Assembly: GCA_013239625.1 (NCBI GenBank)
Contig: MU053216.1
Span: 124,001-186,000 of the forward strand
From: Lama guanicoe
Lineage: Eukaryota
Reading direction: 5' to 3'
DNA: 62,000 nt
Below are positions 1 to 55,885 of this stretch, piece after piece (within the stretch, counting starts at the first letter, position 1; the number at the start of each line of letters is the position of its first letter). A model generated the notes under the pieces. It searched no databases. It was not told where the DNA came from and saw only the letters and a list, made by a program, of their open reading frames with translations. Position numbers and translations under genes: made by a program.

Positions 1-642
1 GGTCATGTTGATTTCTTTTTCCTGTAACTGCCGTATGTAAAATATGACCCTTGAATGAAGCTGAACCAGGCTTCCTAGAAGGTATGGATGTTTTGTTTGT
101 AATGAGTAACATTGGAATGTAAAGGAAAAAACCTAATGTCCAATAATAGGAAAAATTTAAAGTATCAATACAATGAAATATTAGATATTCATAGTATAGT
201 AATAAGTAAAAGGCTATATAATTTTCTTTTGGTTTGAAATTATGAAGCATTTTAGAAAAATAATGAAGGATGTGTACCAAAATGTAGCAGGTTTTTCTCT
301 GAGATTATGGCTAATTTTTTCTTTATATATTTTTCCTGAAATTTAAGTAATAAGTGTTACTTTTGTATTAGGAAAAAAAGTATTTTAAACCTATCCTATC
401 CCCGTAACAGAATGTACAGTCAGGAAATTTTGCACAGTGGACATACAAGAAATGGCTTGATTAGTATAAAATACTGATATTATTTAACCATATGTAGGCT
501 TGCCCACTACAGTGTTGTTTTTTAATGTTACAGAAGTTGAATTCCATTGCCATTCCAGCAGCTCCTCTCAGCAGATCCATTGTTAACTGCCTCTACCCCT
601 GAATTAATATACCTAAAACGATCTTATAATAAGAAGCTCTTT

Positions 643-772
643 GAGGGGAGGATGTAGCTCAGTGGTAAAGTGTAGGCTTAGCATTCCCAGTACCTCCATT
701 ACAATGAGTAAACCTAATTACCACCTCCCCAAAATAAATAGATGAATGAATGAATAAATGAAAAAATTTTAA
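643..772 (+). mobile_element. tRNA-derived SINE (vic-1-like), B-box deleted
   Basis: ggggaggatgtagctcagtggt head; cccagtacctcc...cctaattacc tail; TSD aagctcttt (634-642/773-781). Confidence 0.85.
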
Positions 773-1074
773 AAGCTCTTTAAGCATGGAAATCTGACAG
801 TATATTCTCTGACTTTAAAAAGCAAGATGCATGTATCAGTGCTGGAAAAAGAATACAGCAAACAATCAATTAATGGGCCTTGAATAGTATATACTAATTT
901 ACGAATTCCATTTCATACAAATTTATAACGAAAATCAGAGAATCAAAACCATTGTTTAAAAAAAAGAAGGAAAAAACCATGTGTTAAACATAACCAGTCA
1001 AAAACAAAAACAAGATTGCATTAGACTTACTGGAAGCTATAAAGGTTTGCAACATGAAAATTTCCTAATCAATA

Positions 1075-1270
1075 ACATTTTTTGACCATTTACTTTCTAA
1101 ATGCCAGGCACCTGTCTAAAGGCTTTGCGGATATTACTTCATTTAAGCCTCATGGTTTCCTCTATTTACTTGTATCTAAGGTGCAGGGAAATTAACGTAT
1201 ATCAGAGCCACGCAGTAGAGTTAGGATTTGAACCCAGACAATGTGACTCAGAGCCTCCCCTCTTTAACGT
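1075..1270 (-). mobile_element. MIR SINE
   Basis: tgccaggcac...catttaagcctca...ggatttgaacccagacaatgtgactcagagcc resembles MIR consensus. Confidence 0.7.
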
Positions 1271-2131
1271 CTGTTTCACTGTACAGGAGAAGGCAGTGAC
1301 ATCACTGTGGTTTAAACCTGAGCAGTGAAGAAATGACAGATGAGGATGATATAGAGGAGCCCCCCCCCACTTTTTTTTACTTCATATACATTGATTGCTA
1401 TGACTTTCTTTATTGAGTTGAATGTATAAAATAGTGAATATACAGAAGGATTTAATGCAAAACATATATAACTATCTTTAAAAAGCCAGGATGCAAGTTA
1501 TAATAAAAAGTTCTTTTCTGTTCTCAATATACTGTTATTTCCTTTTTAATATTGCTTTCTTTTTTAAAGGTTTTATTTGTTTATGGTTATTCTAAAGTAT
1601 TTGCTATATTTAGGGGTGCCCTTTCACCTATGTAGAAACTACTGTGATGAAAAGTGCTAGTTGGCAGTTAGATATGAACTGGAGTCAGTCTGGAAGGGTA
1701 GGTTCCTTAAAGGTAGAGATCAGAGGCCAGATGCTCCTTGAAAGTTGAGGTTGCTTTGACTTCTTGCTAGAAAAAAATTGTATTTCAGTGATCAGAACTG
1801 AATGTAATGTAATACTTATTATTTTTGCTTTTTAATTTTTAAAAACCTTTGTATTTGTAATTTCTGTTCTCACCCTAGTCCTAAGGGTAGGTATTGTTTG
1901 TACTTTTCCGATGGAAAAGTTGGGATTCTTCAAGGGGTAAAGAACCAAAATGCAAACTCTGGTCTTCCGACTTTCAGTGCGTTGCTCTTCTTTTCTGTCC
2001 TAATTGCCTGTTGACATTCTGAGGAACAAATGTCTTATTCGTTATTATTGTGCTTGATTAAATAAAAGGAGAAGGGATTGAAAGAATGTGGGTTGGGGTA
2101 CTGAGATAAGAACTTGAAGGCACAAAATTTT

Positions 2132-2258
2132 GGGTTTTTTGGGAGGGGTAATTAGGTGTTTTGTTTTGTTTTTTTGAATAGAAGTAACTGCGGATTGAAC
2201 CCAGGACTTCATGTGTGCTAAGCACACGCTCTATACCACTGAGCTATACCCTCCCCCC
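2132..2258 (-). mobile_element. tRNA-derived SINE (vic-1-like)
   Basis: gattgaacccaggac...ccactgagctataccctccccc; TSD aaggcacaaa (2117-2126/2263-2272). Confidence 0.9.
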
Positions 2259-2289
2259 TGCCAAGGCACAAATTTTTTTTAATGAATGC

Positions 2290-2400
2290 CAGTACCTTTT
2301 TTGGTTATAGACCCCTTTGAGACCCTGGTGAAAACTGTGAACCTTCCGAGAAAAATCCATATACATTCAATTCTATTTATAGTTTGAGCCTCAGATTTAA
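2290..2400. mobile_element. Probable ancient hAT-type DNA transposon remnant
   Basis: gacccctttgag...tgaaaactgtgaacc...agaaaaatccatata motif recalls MER/Charlie elements; family uncertain. Confidence 0.35.
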
Positions 2401-5400
2401 GGTATAAAAGTGTGGTTTGGTCTAAAAAAAGAAAACCTTCAAAGTGTTGTTTTTTTTTTACCAGTGACTCACTGAGGACTGGAGATCTTTAAACGTTGAA
2501 CAAATGGGTGGCTAATTAAGCTGCTGGGTACCAGGCCTGCCCTGAGGGAAGTAAGGAGCAGGGGAGAAGCCGCAGCAGTATCTAACACACTTTGTGTTGG
2601 GAAGACCGAATTGAAGCCCTTTGTGTTACAGAGCGCTTTCCTGATAGACACCCATTAGTGTCATTGTGAGTGGCATTGGACCCCACGAGGGGTTCATAAA
2701 TAGTAACTCTGTTCTACAGTTTAAAAATGGGGACTTACAATGGTTATGCGGTGCCTCGAATCACCTCTTGCATTTGTGCTGGTGCATTAAAGACGCCGTA
2801 CTGACATAAAGTCATTAAATTGATGAGACAGTAGTCTTTTAGTGTTTCATATATGTGTTACTGAAATCTTTATTAAGGTTGACAAATTATATACTCAACA
2901 GAAGGCTTTTCTAACTTGCCTTAAAATGCTAAGATAAATTCTTTGGATTCTTAAAATTTGCACTACAGTTTTGTGTTAATTTTGATAACATATAAACTTT
3001 AAGAATCTGCATTGAGAACACTGAGTTTAACTCTGGTGGCATTGGATTAAAATCCCGTGAGTGCATTTATTCAGTGATGACTGGGTTTGGTAGAACATAC
3101 GCAATTAGAAAAATGCTTTGGACCTTAATTAATGTTATTCTTTGTAAACTAACTGGAATGTGCTTTTGACACTGATCTTTTTAATTGGTTTTGTCTGCAG
3201 GGAGTCAGAGAACCAACTTACGTAGTAGCTAGCCCCTGTAGAGAGTATACTTTCTTATTTTACTGATTATTAGATCTCAAAGTGGTGTCATTCTCTAGAA
3301 GGATTAAAACGGGTATGCTAATACATTAAGTATGTGGGTTCTAATAGTGGATCATTTACAGGCAAATTTTCATGGTGTTTTGAAAAATCTTTAGTACCCT
3401 GTGAAAGTTATTCTTGTACTGGCCAATTTTATCATTTTAGACATTTTTTCTCAGTTAAATGTGCTAAAAGTTATTGTTGCTAGGTTAGCGTTGGGACTAA
3501 GGAAAATGTTTACTTGATGTTTTTCAGGCCTCTGAGGATTTTGAAGCTTTGATTTCCTCCTTAACTGCCTTCCCAAGGAATATATTTTTAATGCTCAGGA
3601 AAATAATTGTGCTTTTAAATAATATAGCTATACTTTTATTTTGAAAGGGTTGAAATAAAACCATTTTAAAGTTTTTAAAGGAAATTAAAATGAATTTCAG
3701 GAGGGAGATTATATGGAACTCCTGCAGTCCATACCCAGGTGGTTTGGAAATGCTGTTTTTATGTTAGAAAAAAATGATTTTATGAGCCATTGTATTAGTA
3801 GAGGCTAAAAATTTTGGTTAGATTACACGATACTCCTTTTAGAGACTTAAGTGTCAAACTAGAAATCACAACCATGTTTCCAAATGGAGATTTTCATTGT
3901 TTGACTCCTTAATTTGAGAATTCGACTCTTGTTTGGAAATTTTCACTTCTTAGAGGCTCTTTCCTTCTCTGATGGCTTTTTCCATATGTAAAAGTCATGG
4001 CCCAATGAGGCCAGACTTTGCCAAGGACATCTTTGTTGTAATATGACAGTGAGCATTGCCAGTAATATGTAATTCTTTTATTGAAGTAGAGCTTTGTAGC
4101 TGACAATGAAAGTCTCAAACTGAATGACATTTATCCCATTTTCTCTCATTCTTTGTAACCAGAAGGGGAAACAAAGTTTGCAGTGATCTGTTTCAGGAAG
4201 GAATGATCTTCTGAAATAGTTTTAGTTTTAGACATATTATACCCAATCTGTGAACTTTCTTAGTGACAGATGTGTACTGTTTTCCTTTAGGATTCATTTT
4301 ATTTGAAAAAATCTTCAGGCTAAAACAAGTGTAAATATACAACGCACATAGATAGACACATGGATACATACATACATACAAAGGCACAACTCACCTTAGT
4401 TTGTAAAACTTTAGTATACAGACTTCAGAGTCCACTTCTGTATCATTGTGTTTTGGGGCTAGAAGGCATATTTGATTCATTGGAGGATATTTTACATTAC
4501 CTATAAATCTTAATCTATAAAAATTTCAGATTACTTGGACAGTATGTTAATCATTTACTTGTATATTCTGACATGTTATCTTTGATATATTTTTGGTCTA
4601 ACCTTCAACCCAGATCACTTCATTTCAGAAAGCCTGCAGCATTTATAAAGTGTTAGCAAAACTCTGAGCAATAGTCTTCCTATTAGCCTGCTGTAGGATA
4701 TTAAGCAGTATGATTTCCTTCTGCTGAGTTGGGTTCTGTATAATTAAACACATCGATTTCTTTATCTTTAGTTATCAAGGTAAACAAAAATCACTTTAAT
4801 CTTTCTGACCCAGGATGAAGTAGGTAGTGTTTTTTAAGTTTATTGGCAATATAGTAGATCTCTAACTGACATTTAAACATGAGCCATGGTCTTTGTTGAA
4901 GAGATGGTATAACAGCATTGAACACTTGAAGGCTTATCTGTAATTGACTTCTTAAAACAGTACTGCCATTTTTTCTTTTTCCTTTTTCTTTTTCTTCCTC
5001 TTTGGGGGATGGTAGTAAATAGCTTTGTACTGATTTATAATGTCATTTTTTCCATTTTCAAAAAAATTGTGGTAAATTTAATCAACTCTTTAACATATTT
5101 AATCAGGCATTGCTAGAGGGTGGGCATTTTCACTCAAGACTGTCACAAAACCAAAATCTTTTTGTTAACCTACATATTTTGTTAAATACTGTTAACACAA
5201 ATTTACATATTTTAGTTTCTTACTCATCCAGTATTGGCTGTGTTTCCATATTTAGAGCGTCTAGATATTCCTTATTCCAGCTGCTGAGTATGTGGTTACT
5301 GTTTACAGATGTACCAGCATTTGTATTAACTTGTTCTCTTAGTCTGAAATAATTTATTATTTAATAGGCATTATTTAGTATATTTAATATGTTTCAGATT

Positions 5401-5605
5401 GTATTTAAAATGGATAAGGAAGCAAAAGAAAAGTTACCTATAATCCTCCCAAAGACAAACCACTGTTAATCTTTTTTGCTGTCTTCCAATGTTTTTTTTT
5501 CTTCCAATGTTTTCTTTTTTTATCGCAGAGCCTGATTTTCTTTCCTCTATAACATATATGAGGAAAATTTTCAGTGTCAATAAATAGAGCTATGCAACAG
5601 CATAC

Positions 5606-5800
5606 TTTTTTTTTGTCGTTTTAAACATTGTGTTGAAATATTAAACTAATACATAACACAAAGTATACCATTGTAACCAATTTAAGGGTACAACTGAGTA
5701 ACATTAAGGGTACATTAAGTAACATTTATAATGTTGTACAAACATCACTGTCTGTCTCCAGAACCTTTTCATTATTCCAAACTGAAACTCTACCTGTTAA
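5606..5800 (-). mobile_element. Old LINE-1 (L1MB-like) 3' end fragment
   Basis: poly-T, then ...tccagaaccttttcattattccaaactgaaactctacct; flanking acagcata repeat. Confidence 0.7.
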
Positions 5801-6422
5801 CACAGCATAATTTTTATACCTTTAACTACTTTTATTGTGGACATTTGTTGCCAGTTTCTCCTACTTACAACAGTTCATACACATGCTCCTTCTTGTCTGT
5901 TTCTTTATATTAGCAGTTCTTCCAAGATCCTATATCAGTAGATATGTTAAGGATGATTCTTAAAATTGATTTTGGATGTCACCCCCCCCCCCGCCAAAGA
6001 ACTTATCCTCAACTTTATGATAAAGTTTAATGTTACTAGGTTACGTATGTTAAAATATAGTTTGTAGATAATTTGATATTAATATAGCTATTTTGTAAAA
6101 TGAGAGGTACTTATGGAATTGAGGATTCAAAGTCTCTTGCATAAATTGGTTATTTTTCAGTGGAGGTTGAGGCTCAGTGACATTGCTGGTTGAAAGGATG
6201 CGAGGAGGGGTGTGTGCAGGATGTGCCATTTATTTGGAGAAAGTTAATCATACATGTTCTGCTGTTCTGGTGGGAAAAAGGTTAGAAACTACTACCTTAT
6301 GTTCTATTCTGACTGGTTAGAGATAACATGTGCTTTACTTAACTAGGGTTTTCACTGTAAAACCATTTTTTAAGTGTCAGAATTATAAATTTTTCTAATA
6401 AAAGCCTTTGCTTCTCCACTAG

Positions 6423-49103
<42,681 letters not shown>

Positions 49104-49195
49104 AACACAAACCGCTTAGTGTAATGCAGGCCTCCAGCCAGAGGATCTCCAGCCTCAGCAGAGCTGCAGGACTGGCCTTCTAGCCAGCCTGCACA

Positions 49196-49203
49196 TGGTG
49201 CTA
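49196..49203 (+). promoter_or_regulatory. miR-29 family 8mer site (TGGTGCTA); second 7mer-m8 at 49695-49701
   Basis: Exact seed complement in the 3' UTR; KDM5B is a reported miR-29a target (recalled). Confidence 0.65.
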
Positions 49204-49621
49204 TTTCTATTCCTTATGGGATCATTTTTCCAGAACTCTTTGAAAAAAAGAAAAAACGACTAAAAAAATTTTTGACACTTTTTGTATTTTTTTCCTGAAG
49301 AGCTGTTTGTGGTTATTGAGGTTTGAAACGCTGACTGTTTTTTGCAGGGGTTTCCACCCATTTGGAAGGATTGGAGCTTGCACCTTTTCATGTACAGCAT
49401 TAAAATCTTACCTCTTTCTGGGATTTACCGGCTTAAGAGTCCAACTCGGTTTCAGTGCCCAGAAGGGCACCAGAAATTCCAGTAAATCCTCATTTGAGGA
49501 GTTTCTCTCTTGTTTACTCTGTTACCATATTGGGGAGCTTAAGTTTTTCACTTTTGGGGCTTTTGTTTGTTTCTTTTCTTTAGCCACCTTTCTTTTTCCT
49601 GGTAGACTAGGTTTATTTATC

Positions 49622-49631
49622 TAAGCAATAA
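49622..49631 (+). promoter_or_regulatory. miR-137 8mer site with extended pairing (TAAGCAATAA)
   Basis: Complementary to miR-137 nt 1-10 (UUAUUGCUUA); Jarid1b/KDM5B is a reported miR-137 target (recalled). Confidence 0.75.
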
Positions 49632-49892
49632 CTTCCATGTTGGTTTCAGTGGCTGGAATTAAAACAAAACAAAACAAACTTCCGAACAGTGTGTTGGTGC
49701 TTTAGCATTTGGCCGATGTGCAGAATGCAAACGTCTGGTTTCTAGTGTCACTGGTGAACTGGTGATGTAGAAAAGAGACTGCTCTGTAAGTACCTGCCAC
49801 AGCTGTATTTTGCTTTCTCCCTGCCCCTCCCCTCCTCTCCTCTCTACTATTTTTTTGGTAGCTTGTGTCAGATGTTGCAATTTATATTGTGG

Positions 49893-49898
49893 AATAAA
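49893..49898 (+). terminator. Proximal poly(A) signal AATAAA
   Basis: Canonical hexamer after U-rich UTR sequence. Confidence 0.6.
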
Positions 49899-50592
49899 TC
49901 CTTGGTCCTAAGAGAATACTAAATGCTGGTTATTTAGAGCCATTACCTACAGCTGCTTCTGCCTCTCCCCCTTGTGGGCTTTGCAGAGCTGGAGGGGGTT
50001 GCTTGCTTCTGCCTCTGCCCCACCAGACTACAGTAGCACCGGATGGTAGCCTGCAGACATTAGGGGGTTCTTTTGTATCCTGCTCTGTTCGGCGGGCCAT
50101 AAGCCTCCAGTCCCCACTAACAAAGGCCCCCTTTCCTCCTGTCTTCAAGGAGTAGAACCTGTCTTTAAAGCCATGCTGTATTTAAATAAGCATTCTCAGA
50201 ATGTTGGCAAATCATTCCAATCCTCAGATCAGTTCTCCATGTGGAAGTGATGTCTTTATTATATTTGAATTGACAGGGAAGCCTGGTTTAGGGTTAAGAT
50301 GTCAGAAGGAAATGCAAGGGAAACGCACCCTCGCAGAGGAGAGAGGGCTGGGAGAGTGTGGTTGAGGGAGCACTTGTGAACCCCCAGGTCCTGCCTCCCT
50401 GACCGTCGCTGCTGTGACTGGGCATGCAGCCCTTGGCCTTTCCCTCCTTTTCTTTTACAAGCCTCTGTTCTGCAGTGGAGAAGACGTTCTGGTGAACAGA
50501 CTCTTGCTTGTTTGCTCCTATCCTGTTGCTAACACCTGTTTTCCCTACATTCTATAGCCATAAACCCGAAGATGGGTAGAAAGTGGGTCTTT

Positions 50593-50598
50593 AATAAA
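50593..50598 (+). terminator. Distal poly(A) signal AATAAA
   Basis: Canonical hexamer followed by a GU-rich element (gtttgtgatgtgg). Confidence 0.6.
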
Positions 50599-53500
50599 AC
50601 AGCAAAAACAGCAGTTTGTGATGTGGCGGAGATTTAAATGTACTAGCCCCTTTTATGCAATTCAAATAATTAAACCTCTTTAAGAACAACTCCAAATTGT
50701 CTGCAGTTTTCCCACAGTTGTTGTGCTGTTTCTCCTTGTCTGAGGGGCTCCTGGGGCCGGCAGAGAAGAAGATTGTCCAGAACGTGCTCTGGAGTAACAG
50801 CTGTTCGGCCTTTTCTAAGTGTCTGGAGTCTTAGTGCCCTTACCTGGGGCAGGATGCTGACTGTCCCAATTCCACGGAGAAGATGCGCTTACAGGAGACA
50901 CTGCTTCTGGATAAAGCCTTTGCCTGTAGAGAGCTCCCGCCCATCTGGGCGCTCCCCCCACCCCACCAGCTTCTCCTCCTCACCTGTAGGTGGGACAGTC
51001 CCTGCCAGTAGCGTCGTTGGTGCCATAGATTCTCTCCCTGTCTGGGGGGGGGGGAGGCAGGAGTGTGTGCATTTAAACCACGCCCTCCCCAGGTGAGAAC
51101 CACTGATCTTTTCACGCACCATGATACTGGAGTTAAGAGTGTCAGTTGCCAACAGCTGTCCTAACAGTCAATGGCAAAGCCTGCGTGGCGCCTCCAGATC
51201 TCCGGCAGCCTCCCTCCTGCCTGCCCGCCAACACGACATGAGCACACAGGCTGCCCGGGTGACGCCTTCTGTTACGGACCCCGAATGACTGCAGAGTGGG
51301 CGTACTATCCGGAAACCATGCTTACCGTGTGCTGGCTGTGAAGCTGGCCTGTATCCTAGAGAGGCTTCAGAAGTTGGGGAAAGAAGGTAAAGCATGCAAA
51401 CAGACTTTTCCATCGCGGGGGTCCTTCAGCTCCGTGAGTGAGGTGGAGGGAAGAAAGTCTGTGCTAGGTCAGCACCTGAGCCAGAGGGGTCGGGGTTGGA
51501 GGCATCGAGTGCCCCGCCTCACCTCAGCGCCCGAGGTTTTGTTTTTCCTCCCAAATAAGGCTGGGGGCTTTCCCATCTAGTGTGAGGGGCTTGCCTGCTG
51601 GTAATCTCTGTCTTGGAGGAAGTGTGGGGTCTGGACAAGCGATAGGGTAGGTTGGCTTCGTCACCACTTCATTTCAGCAGCATGAAGCAGGGACTCCTCC
51701 TCTCAGAGGCTTCATGCCAGAGATGCCCCCTGGGGTGGTGGCGGTCAGCGGAAGCTGCTTCGTTCTGCCGTGCAGGGTTTTAGCAAAAAGAAGTAGAGGT
51801 GTTGATGAAATGTGGGGTTTCTTTCGGCAGAAGTGTGTGCAATGCACTTAATTTGTCATCACACCCACCATAGAAAGGAACATGACCTTTGGGGAACTGG
51901 GCAGGGATAAGCCTGTGAGCAGAGAGGGTGCCTCCCTGCAGAGGGTGAAACCTGGCTTCTCTACCTCTGGTTGAACTTGGAAGGCTCTTTTGCCACTGGC
52001 TTCTGCCTCTCCTCGGTCTCACTATGCTTTTGGTGGATATTCCACTAAGACCCACTTCTGGTTTGGATCAGGCCTGGTTGGTGTTTAGTGCTCCTGGCTG
52101 TTTTCTGGGCTCGGTCCTGCCTGGGCTTCCTGCTGCCTAACACAGACTGGTGTGTCTTATAGGTGCTGTGCACCTGAAACAGGAGACGGAATTGGATGGC
52201 AGGTAATTTAAGTCATAGCGCATTGTCATGCAGTACTAACTGTGCTAGTCCGTGCTGGACATCAGTCGGCCTGTGCCAGAATGGTCTTTCCTCGGCGTGA
52301 AGATGCAGAGAACACAGTTCCCTTCTGCTGGACGCTGCCTGTTGGGAGGAAGAGCTGAGGAGAAGGATAAAGAGCCCAGTCGGTGCCTTAATTCGAGTGC
52401 TAGGGTGACGGCCTCCACTGTCTGCCCTCTTTCCAGTCCCTTGCGTGTGGCTCCTTTAAGCCCCTCAACTTCTCTGAGAGGTTGCACGTGTAACTTGGCA
52501 TACAAGACCTTGTATAAAGTAGTACCGGTGTAAATCCATTTTCAGAGTGTACTGAATCAGTCTGTAAAGTACTCATTTCACTTCTTCCAAATTGATGTGA
52601 ACATTTTCATATTTCAGGATTGCTTACGTAGGGTGCATCTTCCCTCATCAGTTAGGATGGAACAAAGTTGGTGACCCAGCTCCCGGTCCTGTTCGGGGCT
52701 GATTGTACAAGGAAAAAGGGGGCAATGCGGCAGTATTTTCAGGGTGAGCTGACGCGTGGTGATGGAGGGACGGGATCATGAGGTTGTTGGAGCTGGTGCA
52801 GGTGAGTGGAGGCCAAAGGACTGGTCTGGGTTTCCCTTGAATTGGGGACATAGAGAAATTAAAAATGGCCTTTCTCAGGGGACAGAGTTGTTTCCTAGGT
52901 TGAAAATAAATGCCCAAGACACCCTCTCCCCACAAGGAAAGGTGGCTCCTGGCAAGCTCACCTCGCTAGGAGTTGAGGGGAGTTGGTTTCAAGCACTGAC
53001 TCCCGTCTGTCGTGACCCTGGCGGGGACAAGCACAGAGGGAAGCCCTTCTGCATGCGGTGGGGACAGTGGTATGACAGCTTCTCAAACAGTCAGCTGACA
53101 GATGGAACAGACACGTTTCCTGTCACCTGAATTGTATGTACATTCACTTAAGAAACTGAAATTGAGAAAAACCCAGAGTTTCGCCTATACCTAACTTAAC
53201 AGCAACTTTTATAGGCAGTGCAGTCTAGTTTTTGTAAAATCAACTTTTCACACTCATGGGTTATGTGATAATCAAAACACAGTCATTGCAGCAGACTGAC
53301 TCATACAATTGGAGACGAAGGCCACCGGGCAGTTGAGACCAGAAGAGGGCTGACTACATGCGCTCAGCAGGCCAAGACGGACAGGGCTCAGGTGACCCTA
53401 CCATGGCTAATGTGGTATCTGCTGTGTTTGAAGCCAGCTGGCCCAGCTCTTACGGGACTTTGTAAGCTCCCAGGAAGTGGCTCTGTGCCCTCTGCTCGGA

Positions 53501-55724
53501 GCTGTCCTGACCCAGCGGCTGGCTGTGGCCCACCTGGACTTCTGTTCTTCAGTGCAGGGAGCAGGCATCCTTGTTTCACGGCTGTGAGAGCCCAGGAGGT
53601 GGCCGGTCCGTGGAGAGTGGACTTGGGAGTCGGATGCGCCTGGTCTGGGCCTTCACCTTGTTCTGAGGGAGAGCCAGTTTCTGGGTCACTTTGCTGATTC
53701 CTGGCCTAGGGCTCCGAGGTTCTCAAAGCACTGAGCGTGTTACCTGGGGTCAGTGAGCCCACTTCATCCCTGTGTCTCTGCCCCCCACTTCCTCTTGTTC
53801 CCAGACAGTAGGGAAGAGTGATGACCTGAGCCATTTGTGCCTTTGCAGCCCTGGTTGTGAGGGGCATTTATGTTCTCTCTAGGACATGCCTTGAAATTGA
53901 GCAGTCATCTTAGCCTTGAAGTGGCCACCCCCAAGTTCCTCACTAAGTTCCCTTTTCCCCATGGGTTTCTACAGCAGTGGTCAGTGACAAGTGTCTGACA
54001 GCTGGCCTCACTGCATGTCTCTGCGTGCCCCCTACAAGCCTAGGGTCTCGCTGAGGTCGTGAGGACGTGGGTCCCTGGCATGCTTCCTGCCCTTTTCGTT
54101 TCCATCCCCCACGCTCCCAGAAACTCTTCAAGGAGCAAGAGTGAGCAACCAGAGGGGGCTTTGTAAGGGCGAGCAGTGCCCAGAAAGCAAGACAGAGGCC
54201 ACTAAGGAGGTTGAGGCCGTGCACCTGGGTCCCAGCTCTTGGTCAGCCTGCCCCCCAGTGCTGGCAGAGGCTCGCCCTGGGTGCCTTGGGCAGGAGGAGA
54301 CAGATCGTGGGTTGGACAGTCTTAAGCATTTCTAGGGGTCACTGAGGCTCCAGCCCTCCCTGCACACCCCCTTCCCCGACATCAGTCTTTGGAAAATGGG
54401 AAGGGAGAGACTGGGGACAGAGGCCCTCGGTGCAGGGATTGTGGTTTAAGGGACGACCCCAGAGGAAGGCTGCCCTGGCAGTGGTCTGTGGTGCTGCCCA
54501 CCCCGGCCCGGGGTGGTGGTGGAGAGACGCAGGAGCTGCTCCTTTGCTTCTCCAGATGCTTCTAGACTGAGCCGCAGGGAAGCAGCGTGGGGCTGTGGCT
54601 GGAGCGGGGCTGTTGGGGAGATTCTTGAGGCCAGACCCGGAGCCAGTGTCCTATAAACAGTCACGCTTTCCCGTGGTGCTGACCTCTGCACAGCACCAAG
54701 CTCTCCAAAATGCCAGGTGTCATCCTGACCCTTAGAGGCTAACGTTTCCCAGGGGTGGGGCGGGGTGGGGGCAGTGCCTGGAGTTTTGAGGCAAAATTGT
54801 GCCCTTAATCCTTAACTTTAGAATGTGAAATAAGGAGCAGGTGGGTGTTTATCTTGCTCCACCTCTGCCAGACCCTTGAGGGAGGGCCCTCCAAGTTCCC
54901 TTAGGAGGAGGCTGTGACTCAGGCCTAGCTTCTTTTGTCCCTGCAGATGGTGGCCTCTTTTGTAGTCTGAGCTTGGCAACTACAGTTCTTCTGGTTTCTG
55001 GTGCTAGTTCCCGAATACACTGACACACGAGACAGGCCAGCAGCAGTGTCTCCTGGGTAGCAGCAGCAGCCGGCATCTGGCTATTCCCCTGCCGGTTCCC
55101 AGAGCTGGGTCTGCACTGTGTCTCTCTCCAGCCTGCCCCCAGGTGTCAGGTGCCGGCAGCTTGGAGCCCCTTACGAAGTTCTGTTCTGATTAGGGGAGAT
55201 TGGTCATGGACTTAAGTTTGGCAGCAGAGCAAACTCCTTAGCTGCTGGCTCCCAGTTCTGTGCTCTGCATGCAGTTTTATAGGTTCCAGGTGAATAGAAC
55301 ATGGCCGCTGGCCCTCAGGAGCTCCAAGTTCAGTGGGGATGGGACCTATGGAAAAAGACCTTTCCAGTTTCTTGCTCTTCTGGGTATCACAGCTGTGATG
55401 AGGCCAGAGAGGAGCTGCCCCTTGGATCGTGTCACCGCAGACCAGCCGTGTGGCCTGCTGAGCACGAAGGCCTGGCCCGCTTGTCTCTCCCTCCACCCAC
55501 CACCCAGATTCCCACCTAAGGCGAATCAGAGATGTTGGCCGACTGTCTGCAAGGGAAGGGGCTCCTCTGAGTGGGACCTTTGGGTTCAAACTCTGCTCGT
55601 GTAAGTGGAGAAGACACCTTCAGGGACCCCCGTTGTGGCCAGAACAAGACTGACGGGTAGGTGGGTAACGATGAGAAACAGTAAAAGCCCTTAGTCTGTG
55701 CCGGCGCTCCGAGAGCTCAGTGCA

Positions 55725-55885
55725 CGTTAACTTACCTGATCTGCACAACCTCCCAGTGAGGGCAGTGCTGTCACGCCACTTTGCAGAGGAGCACCTGAGT
55801 TCCGGAGGGTTAAGACCAAAGGCCATCCAGCTGGTACAGAGGAGACAGGGTTCACACCCAGCCTGGTTCCAGAGTCTGGACCCAT
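55725..55885 (-). mobile_element. MIR SINE
   Basis: cacaacctcccagtgagg...ctttgcagaggagcacctgag...cagggttcacacccagcctggttccagagtc. Confidence 0.65.

Larger units (their letters stand above)
49104..50620 (+). other. KDM5B: KDM5B 3' UTR (3' end approximate; longer forms possible)
   Basis: Follows the stop codon; U-rich; AATAAA at 49893 and 50593. Confidence 0.7.
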
